Below, piece by piece: positions 26,573 to 34,941 of a stretch of 64,000 bases of DNA. The number at the start of each line of letters is the position of its first letter. Position 1 is the first letter of the stretch. The translations under genes and the position numbers were made by a program. This stretch comes from a virus, in IMG/VR virus record IMGVR_UViG_3300006217_000017, positions 1 to 64,000 of that record; one strand, 5' to 3'. A model generated the notes under the pieces. It had not been told where the DNA came from and made no database searches. It worked only from the letters and a program-made list of their open reading frames with translations.

Positions 26573-26671
26573 AGTGATACCACTATTATAACACTTTTAA
26601 CACACCTTTGCAACACCAAAGTGATACCACCGAAACATTTTATTGACACCACTAGAACATCATGGTACAAT
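26573..26671 (+). promoter_or_regulatory. promoter with direct repeats upstream of the RHH gene
   Basis: AGTGATACCAC occurs at 26573 and 26620, and TGACACCAC at 26644. TTGACA (26643-26648), a 17-nt spacer and TACAAT (26666-26671) form a promoter. Confidence 0.5.
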
Positions 26672-26703
26672 AAAAATCACTACATAAGATTGGAGGCGGT
26701 CAT

Positions 26704-26853
26704 ATGGCAATCGGAGAGGATAAAACACGCACCAACATCACAATTCCAAAAGACTTAAAGGCAAAGTTAGAGGAAATCGCAAAAAAGGAAAATCGGAGTT
26801 TCAACAACCTTGTCATTACTGTGTTGCAGAAGTTTGTGGAGGGCAGCGAATAG
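26704..26853 (+). CDS. ribbon-helix-helix (CopG/Arc-like) protein
   Basis: Hand translation: MAIGEDKTRTNITIPKDLKAKLEEIAKKENRSFNNLVITVLQKFVEGSE. The RBS is attggaggcggt. Confidence 0.6.
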   Translation: MAIGEDKTRTNITIPKDLKAKLEEIAKKENRSFNNLVITVLQKFVEGSE

Positions 26854-26861
26854 TCGCCCTT

Positions 26862-27562
26862 TTAAAATGGCGTTAAACTTAATTCTGTTTCAAACCCTGC
26901 TGTCGCAAGTTCCACCTTAACATCTTCCCCAACAACTTCTTCTATTTGTTTCTTTGCGAATGAGCAATCAATACTATCCGAACTCATGTGGCACAATATT
27001 ACGGTTCTAAGGTCGCTTGTCATGTTCTCCTTAATGACTTTTTCAATCAGCGTGTCAAGCGAACAGTGACCTTTTATCTGATGTGTATATTTAGCTTGTC
27101 CTTTATCAACTAATTCCTTTTGGTGGTTGCACTCTACAATCATATCTGTAAGTCGGACATTCTTGAAGGAACACGGAAGATATTCAAAGTCCGTAGCATA
27201 CAAAATTCTGTGTCCAGCAACCGTTATGTAAAATCCATAGCAGGGCACTCCATCATGCGGCACTTTGAACGCCTGCACACCGAAACTGCCATATCTGATT
27301 TTGAGAGGGCAAGCCTTTGTTTCGTCAAATGGCTTGAAAACAGGTATTCCCATATTCAAAAAGTCTTTAACCGACTTTGAGTGGTCTCCTAACCATGTTC
27401 GTGAGAGACAACACAGCCAACAACATCAGATACATTGAAGTCAATTCCCCTAAGTATTTGCTTTCTTGCTAAACCCAAATCTAAGAGAAGTATCTTTCCG
27501 CCATTATCATATAAAGCGTAACTATTACCACTACTGCCAGTGCTGATACATCTAACGAACAT
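26862..27562 (-). pseudogene. metallo-beta-lactamase-fold hydrolase gene disrupted inside its HxHxDH motif
   Basis: The N-terminal part reads ...VVGCVVSHEHG then TAG. The C-terminal part continues in another frame as GDHSKSVKDFLNMGIPVF... Deleting the 5 nt TTAGG (27388-27392) restores SHEHGDHS. Confidence 0.7.
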
Positions 27563-28244
27563 CTAAATCACCTCCCCACTGTTCAGCCATAGCTTTTGCA
27601 ATTCCCTCAAATGTTTTGGCTCTATTCTTTTGCCTATCTTTACCACCTTTATTAAACCAATTACCCGCTATTTTCGTGCTTTGTCTGTTCTCTTTTGGCA
27701 CAATATCTGTCGGCTGCAACATGGGAATATTTTTCAGCCATAAACAAGTCTTTTTCTGATATGGGTGTCCGTATTCATAAGGCTGTATAGTCTGTGTATA
27801 ATGTGGCAATTCGTAAACCTTGCTTGGTATCGGGTTTTCAACCGCTATACGCTCGCAATCCGCATTATATATAGCCATAAAGAATTGTTTTGCTTTCAAT
27901 CCTAACCCCAATCTATCTTCATTCAATACGCCTTTAGGATATAAAAACCTTGCTCCTGCATTTGATAAATAAGTGCATGGTGGGTGTGCGATAATCATAT
28001 CCCATTTTCCGTAAATCCTATGTACAACACCATCTACCGTCCGAAATTCACAATTTCCATTCAGCAGCGGTAACACATCATTCTGTATGTGCCATTCTTC
28101 ATGCCCTCCGCTGCATGGCTCAATATCGCAGGAATAGGCTTCATGTCCTAATTTCCTAAACTCGATACAAACTCTTTGGCTTTCTTCGCAAGCTACTAAT
28201 ACTTTCAAATTATCACGCTCCCCAAACACTTCAAAATCAATCAA
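27552..28244 (-). CDS. DNA cytosine-C5 methyltransferase-like protein
   Basis: IIAHPPCTYLS (a PC-type catalytic motif), AVENP (an ENV-like motif) and a C-terminal RAKTFEGIAKAMAEQW. Motif I is atypical. Confidence 0.5.
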   Translation of the reverse strand: MIDFEVFGERDNLKVLVACEESQRVCIEFRKLGHEAYSCDIEPCSGGHEEWHIQNDVLPLLNGNCEFRTVDGVVHRIYGKWDMIIAHPPCTYLSNAGARFLYPKGVLNEDRLGLGLKAKQFFMAIYNADCERIAVENPIPSKVYELPHYTQTIQPYEYGHPYQKKTCLWLKNIPMLQPTDIVPKENRQSTKIAGNWFNKGGKDRQKNRAKTFEGIAKAMAEQWGGDLDVR

Positions 28245-28256
28245 ATCACTTCCTTT

Positions 28257-28838
28257 TCAAATCCGTTTATTATTCTTCGCCTGATACTTGCACCAACAAT
28301 CTATATATCTGTTTTCATCTTCCGGCTTTGGTACAAGGTATCTTCTGTATCTTCTGATAAGCGGTTTCATTTCCATTTGGTAAACATCAGAATTTATGTA
28401 ATTCCATATATCCATGTAGATTGTGTTGTATTTGAAAAGCGGCTTGTACTCGAAAACATCATCATGCACGATATGTACTTTTGAATTAAGCGGTAACTGA
28501 CTTCCGACAAGTTCAATCACTTCCATGTTTTTCTCAACAACTGTTACCTGCTTAACTTCCTCTTTATCTTGAATGGCAAGAAGAATTAAACCTATACCCA
28601 AACCTCCAATCAGCACATTTCCATGTGCATTTATCACGAATGAGGAATTTGTGCGTTTCTCTATATTGGTGTCAGACATAACACATTCGCCCTTATGCGA
28701 TAACTTTACATATCTTCCCGGTGAAATTCCCATGCGGTACATTGTAACAAAATCTTTCTCTCCTATCTCATAATGGGAAAGTTCAAAATCTCCCACTTTT
28801 CCGTCTTTCAAGATTTCTGTCATATCCTTATACATCAT
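28257..28838 (-). CDS. class I SAM-dependent methyltransferase-fold protein (spermidine-synthase-like)
   Basis: VLIGGLGIGLILLAI...VTVVEKNMEVIELV...IVHDDVF. Confidence 0.5.
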   Translation of the reverse strand: MMYKDMTEILKDGKVGDFELSHYEIGEKDFVTMYRMGISPGRYVKLSHKGECVMSDTNIEKRTNSSFVINAHGNVLIGGLGIGLILLAIQDKEEVKQVTVVEKNMEVIELVGSQLPLNSKVHIVHDDVFEYKPLFKYNTIYMDIWNYINSDVYQMEMKPLIRRYRRYLVPKPEDENRYIDCWCKYQAKNNKRI

Positions 28839-29158
28839 TCCCTCTCAATCCTTTCTATCTGCCTGTCAAGCTTCTCTTTTACTGTCTTTTCAATACTCTT
28901 AATTCCAAGCAGATACATCATTTGATGAAGCATGATATAAACATCTGCAATTTCTTCTTTCAAATTCATGTGTTCGGGAGAAATAGGGATAGATTTTGAA
29001 AATTCTACCTCTCCGCATTTAAGCTGTTTCCTCCAAAACTTGTTAATCGCCTGCGTCAGTTCTGCCATTTCCTCAATGCACTGTCGGCTCTGTGCGTCAT
29101 AGCCATAGGTCTGCGCGATTTTCTGAATTTTCTTCTTTGTTTCTTCTGTCATTGTCAT
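28835..29158 (-). CDS. MazG-like nucleotide pyrophosphohydrolase
   Basis: CIEEMAELTQAINKF...LKEEIADVYIMLHQMMYLLGI. Confidence 0.75.
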   Translation of the reverse strand: MTMTEETKKKIQKIAQTYGYDAQSRQCIEEMAELTQAINKFWRKQLKCGEVEFSKSIPISPEHMNLKEEIADVYIMLHQMMYLLGIKSIEKTVKEKLDRQIERIERE

Positions 29159-29382
29159 ACCTCACTTTCCTGTTTTTGGTATTCCTCCATGGTAGGTCGT
29201 TTGCCGTCTAAATCTTTCCATTTGTAAATTTCGTGGTTTGTATCTTCCCATTGCGATTTATAACAATTCCTGCAACTGCAAACACCATTAAGCCAACGCA
29301 TATCTCCGTAATATTCTGGCTTTCCGCAATGTTTACAGATTACAATTCGCTTCATTTCGTCCATTCTTTCTAATCTCCTCAA
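29155..29382 (-). CDS. hypothetical zinc-ribbon-like protein
   Basis: CKHCG...CSCRNC within 75 aa. Confidence 0.4.
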   Translation of the reverse strand: MRRLERMDEMKRIVICKHCGKPEYYGDMRWLNGVCSCRNCYKSQWEDTNHEIYKWKDLDGKRPTMEEYQKQESEV

Positions 29383-29383
29383 T

Positions 29384-30067
29384 CTATTTCATATCAAGCG
29401 TTACTGCCACATCACGGACAAATTCATCTGGTATGTAAATTCCTGCCTGCACACATACGGTATACTGAACTTTTGCAATGTTCTGAATATCTGCTCCCTG
29501 CTTTTCCATAGTCTTTGTAAGGACTTTTAAGAGATTTGCCACGCCGCCATGCGACTGCGGTTTGCTTGTGGTACACGTTTCTTTCCATTTCTGAATATCT
29601 GTATCTGTCTGCTCCATAAACTTTGTTCTCCTTTCGTCAAACCAATTTTGAAATTCTTCTGCCAACTTCATAAAACTGTCAGTCTGCAATACTGCGGTTT
29701 CTATCGTTCCGTATGTATCATGCATAAAATTTGATATGATTTTCTCGGAATTATCCTTAAAATACCGTTCGCATTTACTATGAACAAAATACGTTAATCC
29801 CCATTTCCGCCTGCCACTCCACCATGAATACTGATACCATGAACTGCCTTGAAAATAGGTGTCGATTTTCAAATCAAATTCGTTCTTCTTCGGTTCTTCT
29901 CCCTTTATCCACACCAATTTTCTACTGCATTTTTTCTCAAATAGCTTTTGACATATATTTCTCAATTCATTTATGCAAATTCTTTCAAGTCCTGCGGTTT
30001 TCGGCTTTCTACTATCCATGTAGCTGTCTATAATTTCAACTGCTTCTTTGTCTATTGTCAGTTCCAT
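29384..30067 (-). CDS. hypothetical protein
   Basis: 227-aa ORF lying in series. Confidence 0.5.
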   Translation of the reverse strand: MELTIDKEAVEIIDSYMDSRKPKTAGLERICINELRNICQKLFEKKCSRKLVWIKGEEPKKNEFDLKIDTYFQGSSWYQYSWWSGRRKWGLTYFVHSKCERYFKDNSEKIISNFMHDTYGTIETAVLQTDSFMKLAEEFQNWFDERRTKFMEQTDTDIQKWKETCTTSKPQSHGGVANLLKVLTKTMEKQGADIQNIAKVQYTVCVQAGIYIPDEFVRDVAVTLDMK

Positions 30068-30470
30068 AAAATGTTTCCCTCACATTCACGGGTTTTCTAA
30101 TTCCATCGTATAATTCCTTATGTTTCAATGCCCCGTGCGGTTCTGAACAGATAAAACATCTGCATATTGCAGGACGAACACTGTAAATCGTGCATTTCTC
30201 GGTCTTTTTATCTGTATTGAGAAACGGGCAGGTCATGTCAAGAATTGGATTTGTAAGCGGTATTCCATGCTTACATTCCTTGATGTGGTGTTTCTTTATG
30301 TACTGGCGAATAACCTTGATTTCCTTGTATGTCATTGGTAACAGGTTTGAACAGCAGTTTCCGCAACCCGTACATTTTCCATTATCCGTCATGTTGTAAA
30401 CGCCATGTTCCATGTCTTTTCGGACTTGTTCTAATGTGGATATGTTCATGTCATACCTCCACTTCATCAT
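30036..30470 (-). CDS. YkgJ-family Cys-cluster protein
   Basis: CTGCGNCCSNLLPMT...CPFL...CTIYSVRPAICRCF. Confidence 0.65.
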   Translation of the reverse strand: MMKWRYDMNISTLEQVRKDMEHGVYNMTDNGKCTGCGNCCSNLLPMTYKEIKVIRQYIKKHHIKECKHGIPLTNPILDMTCPFLNTDKKTEKCTIYSVRPAICRCFICSEPHGALKHKELYDGIRKPVNVRETFYGTDNRQRSS

Positions 30471-30804
30471 CGGAAGGAAATTTAAAATATGAGGTAGTCA
30501 TTTTCTTAAAATCATCATGACTAAGCATTCTTGCGACTTGTTTTAATTCTTCTGAATTTCCAGTTGACTTAATCCAGTCATAATTTTCAAATGCCCCATG
30601 TAACATATCCATAGCCTTTCTTGCTTTGGCTTCGCTTTCGTATTTGGCAACTTCTATATAATTATCTTCTGTTCCCCATATATTCCCTTGAGCAAATACC
30701 TTTCCACTATCTGATACCTCTAAACAAACTCTTTCGTATGGAAAATCAAATTTTCCGTCCTGCGATAAAATCCTCATATCGGTTAAGCCTCCTCTTCCTC
30801 GCAT
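30451..30804 (-). CDS. hypothetical protein
   Basis: 117-aa ORF lying in series. Confidence 0.45.
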   Translation of the reverse strand: MRGRGGLTDMRILSQDGKFDFPYERVCLEVSDSGKVFAQGNIWGTEDNYIEVAKYESEAKARKAMDMLHGAFENYDWIKSTGNSEELKQVARMLSHDDFKKMTTSYFKFPSDDEVEV

Positions 30805-30971
30805 TTAATATATCTGTATTCATCTATTTGATATTTTCCGCCGCCAATATTCTTTGCCTCCGGGTGATGCTTCGGAACATATTCTTTTTCAAAAAAATCT
30901 TGGCTCGGCATATAGTACCCCCTTCCACCGCGTTCATCTCCATCTATAAGATAAAATCTAACAACCAGCAT
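30783..30971 (-). CDS. hypothetical protein
   Basis: 62-aa ORF lying in series. Confidence 0.35.
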   Translation of the reverse strand: MLVVRFYLIDGDERGGRGYYMPSQDFFEKEYVPKHHPEAKNIGGGKYQIDEYRYIKCEEEEA

Positions 30972-31037
30972 AAAAATACCTCCTAACCCAAATAATAAAC
31001 ATTCTCCAAATTCACAATCGCAAAGCGGTTTTTCTCT

Positions 31038-31286
31038 TTAATCAGTTTGCTTTCCACTTCTCAACTTTTCTATATTTTCATGAAATTTTTCAGATAGATT
31101 TTCCCAAAATTTTTTTGATTTTTTGCGTTCCGTTTCAACTTTCAAAACCTTTTCTGCACCATATTCTGAAATTAAAAACCCCATATATTCTTCCTCTGTT
31201 CCGAAACAACATTGTTGATTTTCGTTTTGAATCGGATATGGTGGCACAGGATAAGGCTTTAAGAAGTCTGGAATATTTTCTCCCAT
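31038..31286 (-). CDS. hypothetical protein
   Basis: 82-aa ORF lying in series. Confidence 0.4.
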   Translation of the reverse strand: MGENIPDFLKPYPVPPYPIQNENQQCCFGTEEEYMGFLISEYGAEKVLKVETERKKSKKFWENLSEKFHENIEKLRSGKQTD

Positions 31287-31355
31287 TTCCTTATTTCCTC
31301 CAATCTCATATTATTTGCGGACTTCCCACGAAAGAAAGTCCGCTGTGTGGCTAAT

Positions 31356-31604
31356 CTATTTACTAATCGTCGCCATAAACTCTGGTATTTCGGACACATA
31401 TCCTTTCCATACTTCATCGCACTCGCCGTCTTTTTCGGTAATGTGAAGTTCTCCGCCCATATCGAGGCTTGCGTCCATTCCGTTGAATTTCTTCATACTC
31501 TCAAACGGGAAATTGACTGTGTAAAACTGCAAATACCCTGTTTCAATCTCATCCCATTCGTCCCATGTAAAAATCACTACTCCAAACATTTTCTGCTCGT
31601 TCAT
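31356..31604 (-). CDS. hypothetical protein
   Basis: 82-aa ORF lying in series. Confidence 0.4.
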   Translation of the reverse strand: MNEQKMFGVVIFTWDEWDEIETGYLQFYTVNFPFESMKKFNGMDASLDMGGELHITEKDGECDEVWKGYVSEIPEFMATISK

Positions 31605-31617
31605 GTTTCATATCATC

Positions 31618-32715
31618 CTATTCCGCCTTCATGAAATCCGGCAACTCCTGTTCGCCATCAACTTTGACAGGCTCTTTCTCTTTTGCCTGTGCTTTTGGCA
31701 TGGTTATAGGTTCTGGTTTTTCTTCGATCGCCTCGAATGGTACGGAATTGGCGTTTTTCTCAATTTCTTCCTGCACTTGCTGATATGTTTCGTCCATCTG
31801 CAAGAAAGAACGCTGTGCCATCGTGTCATAATTCTTCTTAAACTTTTTGATTGCGTTGTTTCGCATTTTACGGACAATCATATTCTCCGGCGTATCAAGC
31901 CATGCCGCACTAATAAACGGTCTTGCTTCCGGGCAGTTCAGCATATCTTCCACCGTTTCACACTTTCTTAACGCTTCGAAAATCGGTTCTTTTCTTTTTT
32001 CAATCTCTGCTTTTTCTTCGTCCGTTGCATCGTATCTTGTTCTTGGTACTTCCCCGTTTTTCGTCTTTTTCATTCCGAGAATACCAAAAGTTTCATTCAT
32101 CAGATTGTTTCTGACATGGGCAAACAGATTTATCTTTACGCCCTGCCGTTCTGCAATAAGGTACTGCATAGAACCACCTTTCAGTTTGACCGGGTACACA
32201 ACTTTATCTGCCTTTTCGGACTCTCCTCTCTGCTCCCATTCTGGCGGTGCAATTTCAATACCTCTATGTTTCGGATATGTAAAATCGTCACCCTCTTTTA
32301 CAATCCATACCGGGTAAACCATTTCCACATTTTCCCCGAAATTCCGCAAGATAGCGTCGTTTCCGTCGCCCTCAATTCCCATCTCAACTTTCTTTTTCCA
32401 TTCGTTTCCTTGCTTAAAACTTCTAAGCTGGAAATAGCACTCTCTAGGTACTGCATTTGCATTGAGTTTAAGGCTTGCCGCCTGTCCAACAATCTCACGC
32501 AGATTTGACGTGTCCATAGTCTTAATGTCAATGCCACTGTTCTTTACAAGCTGAAAGATATTTGTCATTGCCGCCATTGCACACTGCTTGGAGTATTCGT
32601 CAAGCACCAGACCGCAATCCTCGTAATCCTGTGATACCATGTTTGTAAGTTCGTTGCTCCACCAGCTTAATGCGCTGATATTCCTCTGTGCTACCTCATT
32701 TTTCTTTTCTGCCAT
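31618..32715 (-). CDS. RecT-like single-strand annealing protein
   Basis: Size (365 aa) and position near the SMC-like ATPase and SSB fit. The segment ECYFQLRSF...VEMGIEGDGNDAILRNFG resembles the RecT core. The C-terminus is acidic. Confidence 0.5.
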   Translation of the reverse strand: MAEKKNEVAQRNISALSWWSNELTNMVSQDYEDCGLVLDEYSKQCAMAAMTNIFQLVKNSGIDIKTMDTSNLREIVGQAASLKLNANAVPRECYFQLRSFKQGNEWKKKVEMGIEGDGNDAILRNFGENVEMVYPVWIVKEGDDFTYPKHRGIEIAPPEWEQRGESEKADKVVYPVKLKGGSMQYLIAERQGVKINLFAHVRNNLMNETFGILGMKKTKNGEVPRTRYDATDEEKAEIEKRKEPIFEALRKCETVEDMLNCPEARPFISAAWLDTPENMIVRKMRNNAIKKFKKNYDTMAQRSFLQMDETYQQVQEEIEKNANSVPFEAIEEKPEPITMPKAQAKEKEPVKVDGEQELPDFMKAE

Positions 32716-32729
32716 AATTCATATCCTCC

Positions 32730-33029
32730 TTAAAATAATGTTTGTCTGCTTACCGCCGCTGTTACTGAATCTCTTGTAAGTTCAAACGCCTGCTGTTCAG
32801 TAAATCCGCTACGGATAAAGCTGTCATTGATAGCCTTAATCTCGTCCGCCATTTCATCATACTTTCTGTACTTTTCAAGTTTCTCAATATCAGCTTTGAG
32901 CACCTCAATTTCCTCATTCTTCTGCTCGATTTCTTCAAGCAGTTCATTTTTTGTTTTTGTTGCCATTCCCTCATTCTCCTTTCTTTCAATCCATGCCATA
33001 AGACCGCATGGGAAGGTTAATCTTTGCAA
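32730..33029 (-). CDS. hypothetical coiled-coil protein
   Basis: 99-aa ORF lying in series. Confidence 0.4.
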   Translation of the reverse strand: MQRLTFPCGLMAWIERKENEGMATKTKNELLEEIEQKNEEIEVLKADIEKLEKYRKYDEMADEIKAINDSFIRSGFTEQQAFELTRDSVTAAVSRQTLF

Positions 33030-33295
33030 TTTTCCTTGTAATCTTCAATCGCTTTTCCCAAACAAGCCATGACAGGGGCTTTTTCAAGCAAACATTCTCT
33101 CTCGAAAAAGTTTTTGCCGTCTGCACTTCTCCAATCGCCCACGATATAAAGGCTTGCGTTTGCAGATAAAATATCCGTTGCCTTGTCATGGTACAGAATA
33201 TGTATCTCATAGCAAGCACCAGCCGCAATAACGTATCTATATAAACCTTTTGTGACCTCGTTCCATGCGGTAAAATCTTTCAAAGTTTCATTCAT
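33017..33295 (-). CDS. hypothetical protein
   Basis: 92-aa ORF lying in series. Confidence 0.4.
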   Translation of the reverse strand: MNETLKDFTAWNEVTKGLYRYVIAAGACYEIHILYHDKATDILSANASLYIVGDWRSADGKNFFERECLLEKAPVMACLGKAIEDYKENCKD

Positions 33296-33314
33296 CTTTC
33301 AACCTCTCTTTCTT

Positions 33315-33725
33315 TTAATAAAAAATCATAAATGCCAACCACGTTGCAAAAATCTGTATCAAATGAATACATTGGTCTTGTATGAGGTTTATCCGCTTTT
33401 TATTGGCTTTCAAATCGTCTACAATAGAATGGATAGCCATATTCACAAAATAGGGAATTGCAAGCCATTCATGCAAGCTGATGCCGACAATTAGCAAGTA
33501 TGAAATTATTGGTATCATAATCATAAAAGACCAACTAAACGAGTGCATAAACAACGCCATTATGTAATCGTTTCTGTATAGCTTTTCGGGTGCGTTTTTC
33601 TCCCACCATGATTTCTGTTTTGCAGACGCAAGCCAACCTTGCAAATAATAATCATCTACAATGTGGCAGAATATCATAGCAAGTAAAATCAATATCATGT
33701 TCATACACTGCCCTCCTCTAATCAA
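33315..33725 (-). CDS. integral membrane protein (DUF3307-like)
   Basis: HIVDDYYLQGW, further His-containing hydrophobic helices, and 3-4 predicted TM segments. Confidence 0.45.
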   Translation of the reverse strand: MIRGGQCMNMILILLAMIFCHIVDDYYLQGWLASAKQKSWWEKNAPEKLYRNDYIMALFMHSFSWSFMIMIPIISYLLIVGISLHEWLAIPYFVNMAIHSIVDDLKANKKRINLIQDQCIHLIQIFATWLAFMIFY

Positions 33726-33933
33726 TCAGTTCCATATCCACAATAGAGAAGTTCGCCCTGTGGATATAAAGCACTTTGCCGTCAATCGTTACCATTGTTG
33801 TCTTAGGCAGATTTTTAGGAATATCCCAAGACACATCATTTCCCGAAAATACGCAAATCGGATTCCCAAGTTGCGACTGAATGATTACAAGTCTTGCCCC
33901 ATGGCTGCCATTGTTCAAATTCTTCTGCCCCAT
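33718..33933 (-). CDS. hypothetical protein
   Basis: 71-aa ORF lying in series. Confidence 0.35.
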   Translation of the reverse strand: MGQKNLNNGSHGARLVIIQSQLGNPICVFSGNDVSWDIPKNLPKTTMVTIDGKVLYIHRANFSIVDMELID

Positions 33934-33936
33934 CCA

Positions 33937-34401
33937 TCAATGTTGTATTCTAAACCAATCATCAATCCGAATATCTGTAGGCTGTGATATGGCGGAATTT
34001 TGGCTTGTGTTTCCTGCTTCGTCTGTGCTGATTTCCTCGTTAAAGTCAATGTCGCATTTCTCCAATCTGCTGTCTGCAAAGATTACGGTACTTCCACAAC
34101 TCTCAATCTTGTTTCCGTCAATCTCAATAGACATTACGGACGACATTTCATAACTTGAAATCCAAGAACCGTCAGAATCCCGACTGTAGGTTTTGACCTT
34201 GTTTGGATTTATGGAGAATGATTTTCCCTCTACGGAAAGCCATCTACCGCCCGAATTATCATAAAAATCTGCTGTGTATGTAAGGGAAATACCCTCGCTT
34301 TCTTCTGTCTGATTTACGGTCGTTGTGGTGTCCATTTCACAAGCCGATAAGCAAACCACCATCACAACCGCCAATGCCACGCTTAAAATTCGTTTCTTCA
34401 T
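33937..34401 (-). CDS. lipoprotein
   Basis: Signal peptide with a lipobox: MKKRILSVALAVVMVVCLSAC. Confidence 0.65.
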   Translation of the reverse strand: MKKRILSVALAVVMVVCLSACEMDTTTTVNQTEESEGISLTYTADFYDNSGGRWLSVEGKSFSINPNKVKTYSRDSDGSWISSYEMSSVMSIEIDGNKIESCGSTVIFADSRLEKCDIDFNEEISTDEAGNTSQNSAISQPTDIRIDDWFRIQH

Positions 34402-34941
34402 TTAATGAACCTCCGTTTCAAACTCTTTTAACTGTTCCGCAAGCCTTTTACATTCGTCAGCAACATATTCCTCTGTACGGATAACATCATCTTCAATCTG
34501 GTACATATTTTCGATTTCTTCCAGCCGCTTCACTCGTTCCCTTTCATTTGGGAATTTGTCATAAACGGTTTTATAGTCTTTCTTATCTCCTGCATGGGCA
34601 CAATCAAAACCGAACCACCACAAATCACTTTCTATCGGATATTCAGACCCTTTACCGCCACCCGAATATGTGATACCGCCATGACATTGAAAGTATGCTT
34701 CAATCTTTATCCTCTCGTCATCATCAAGACACGCAAGAAACAAGGGGAAAATGCCGCTTACTTCCCTATCGCCTATATCTGATTTTTTGATGTCAAGGTA
34801 ATTTCCGTAATCCTCTCCATATAAACGGTGTGTTTTTGGAATACCAACATATCCGCACCTATGACCGCTTGCTTGGAAAATTACCACGCATTTATATCCT
34901 GCGTGTTCAAATTCACGTTCAATTATGTATCTGTCATTCAT
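34402..34941 (-). CDS. hypothetical protein
   Basis: 179-aa ORF containing HRCGYVGIP...CHGGITYSG...WWFGFDCAHAGD. Confidence 0.5.
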   Translation of the reverse strand: MNDRYIIEREFEHAGYKCVVIFQASGHRCGYVGIPKTHRLYGEDYGNYLDIKKSDIGDREVSGIFPLFLACLDDDERIKIEAYFQCHGGITYSGGGKGSEYPIESDLWWFGFDCAHAGDKKDYKTVYDKFPNERERVKRLEEIENMYQIEDDVIRTEEYVADECKRLAEQLKEFETEVH

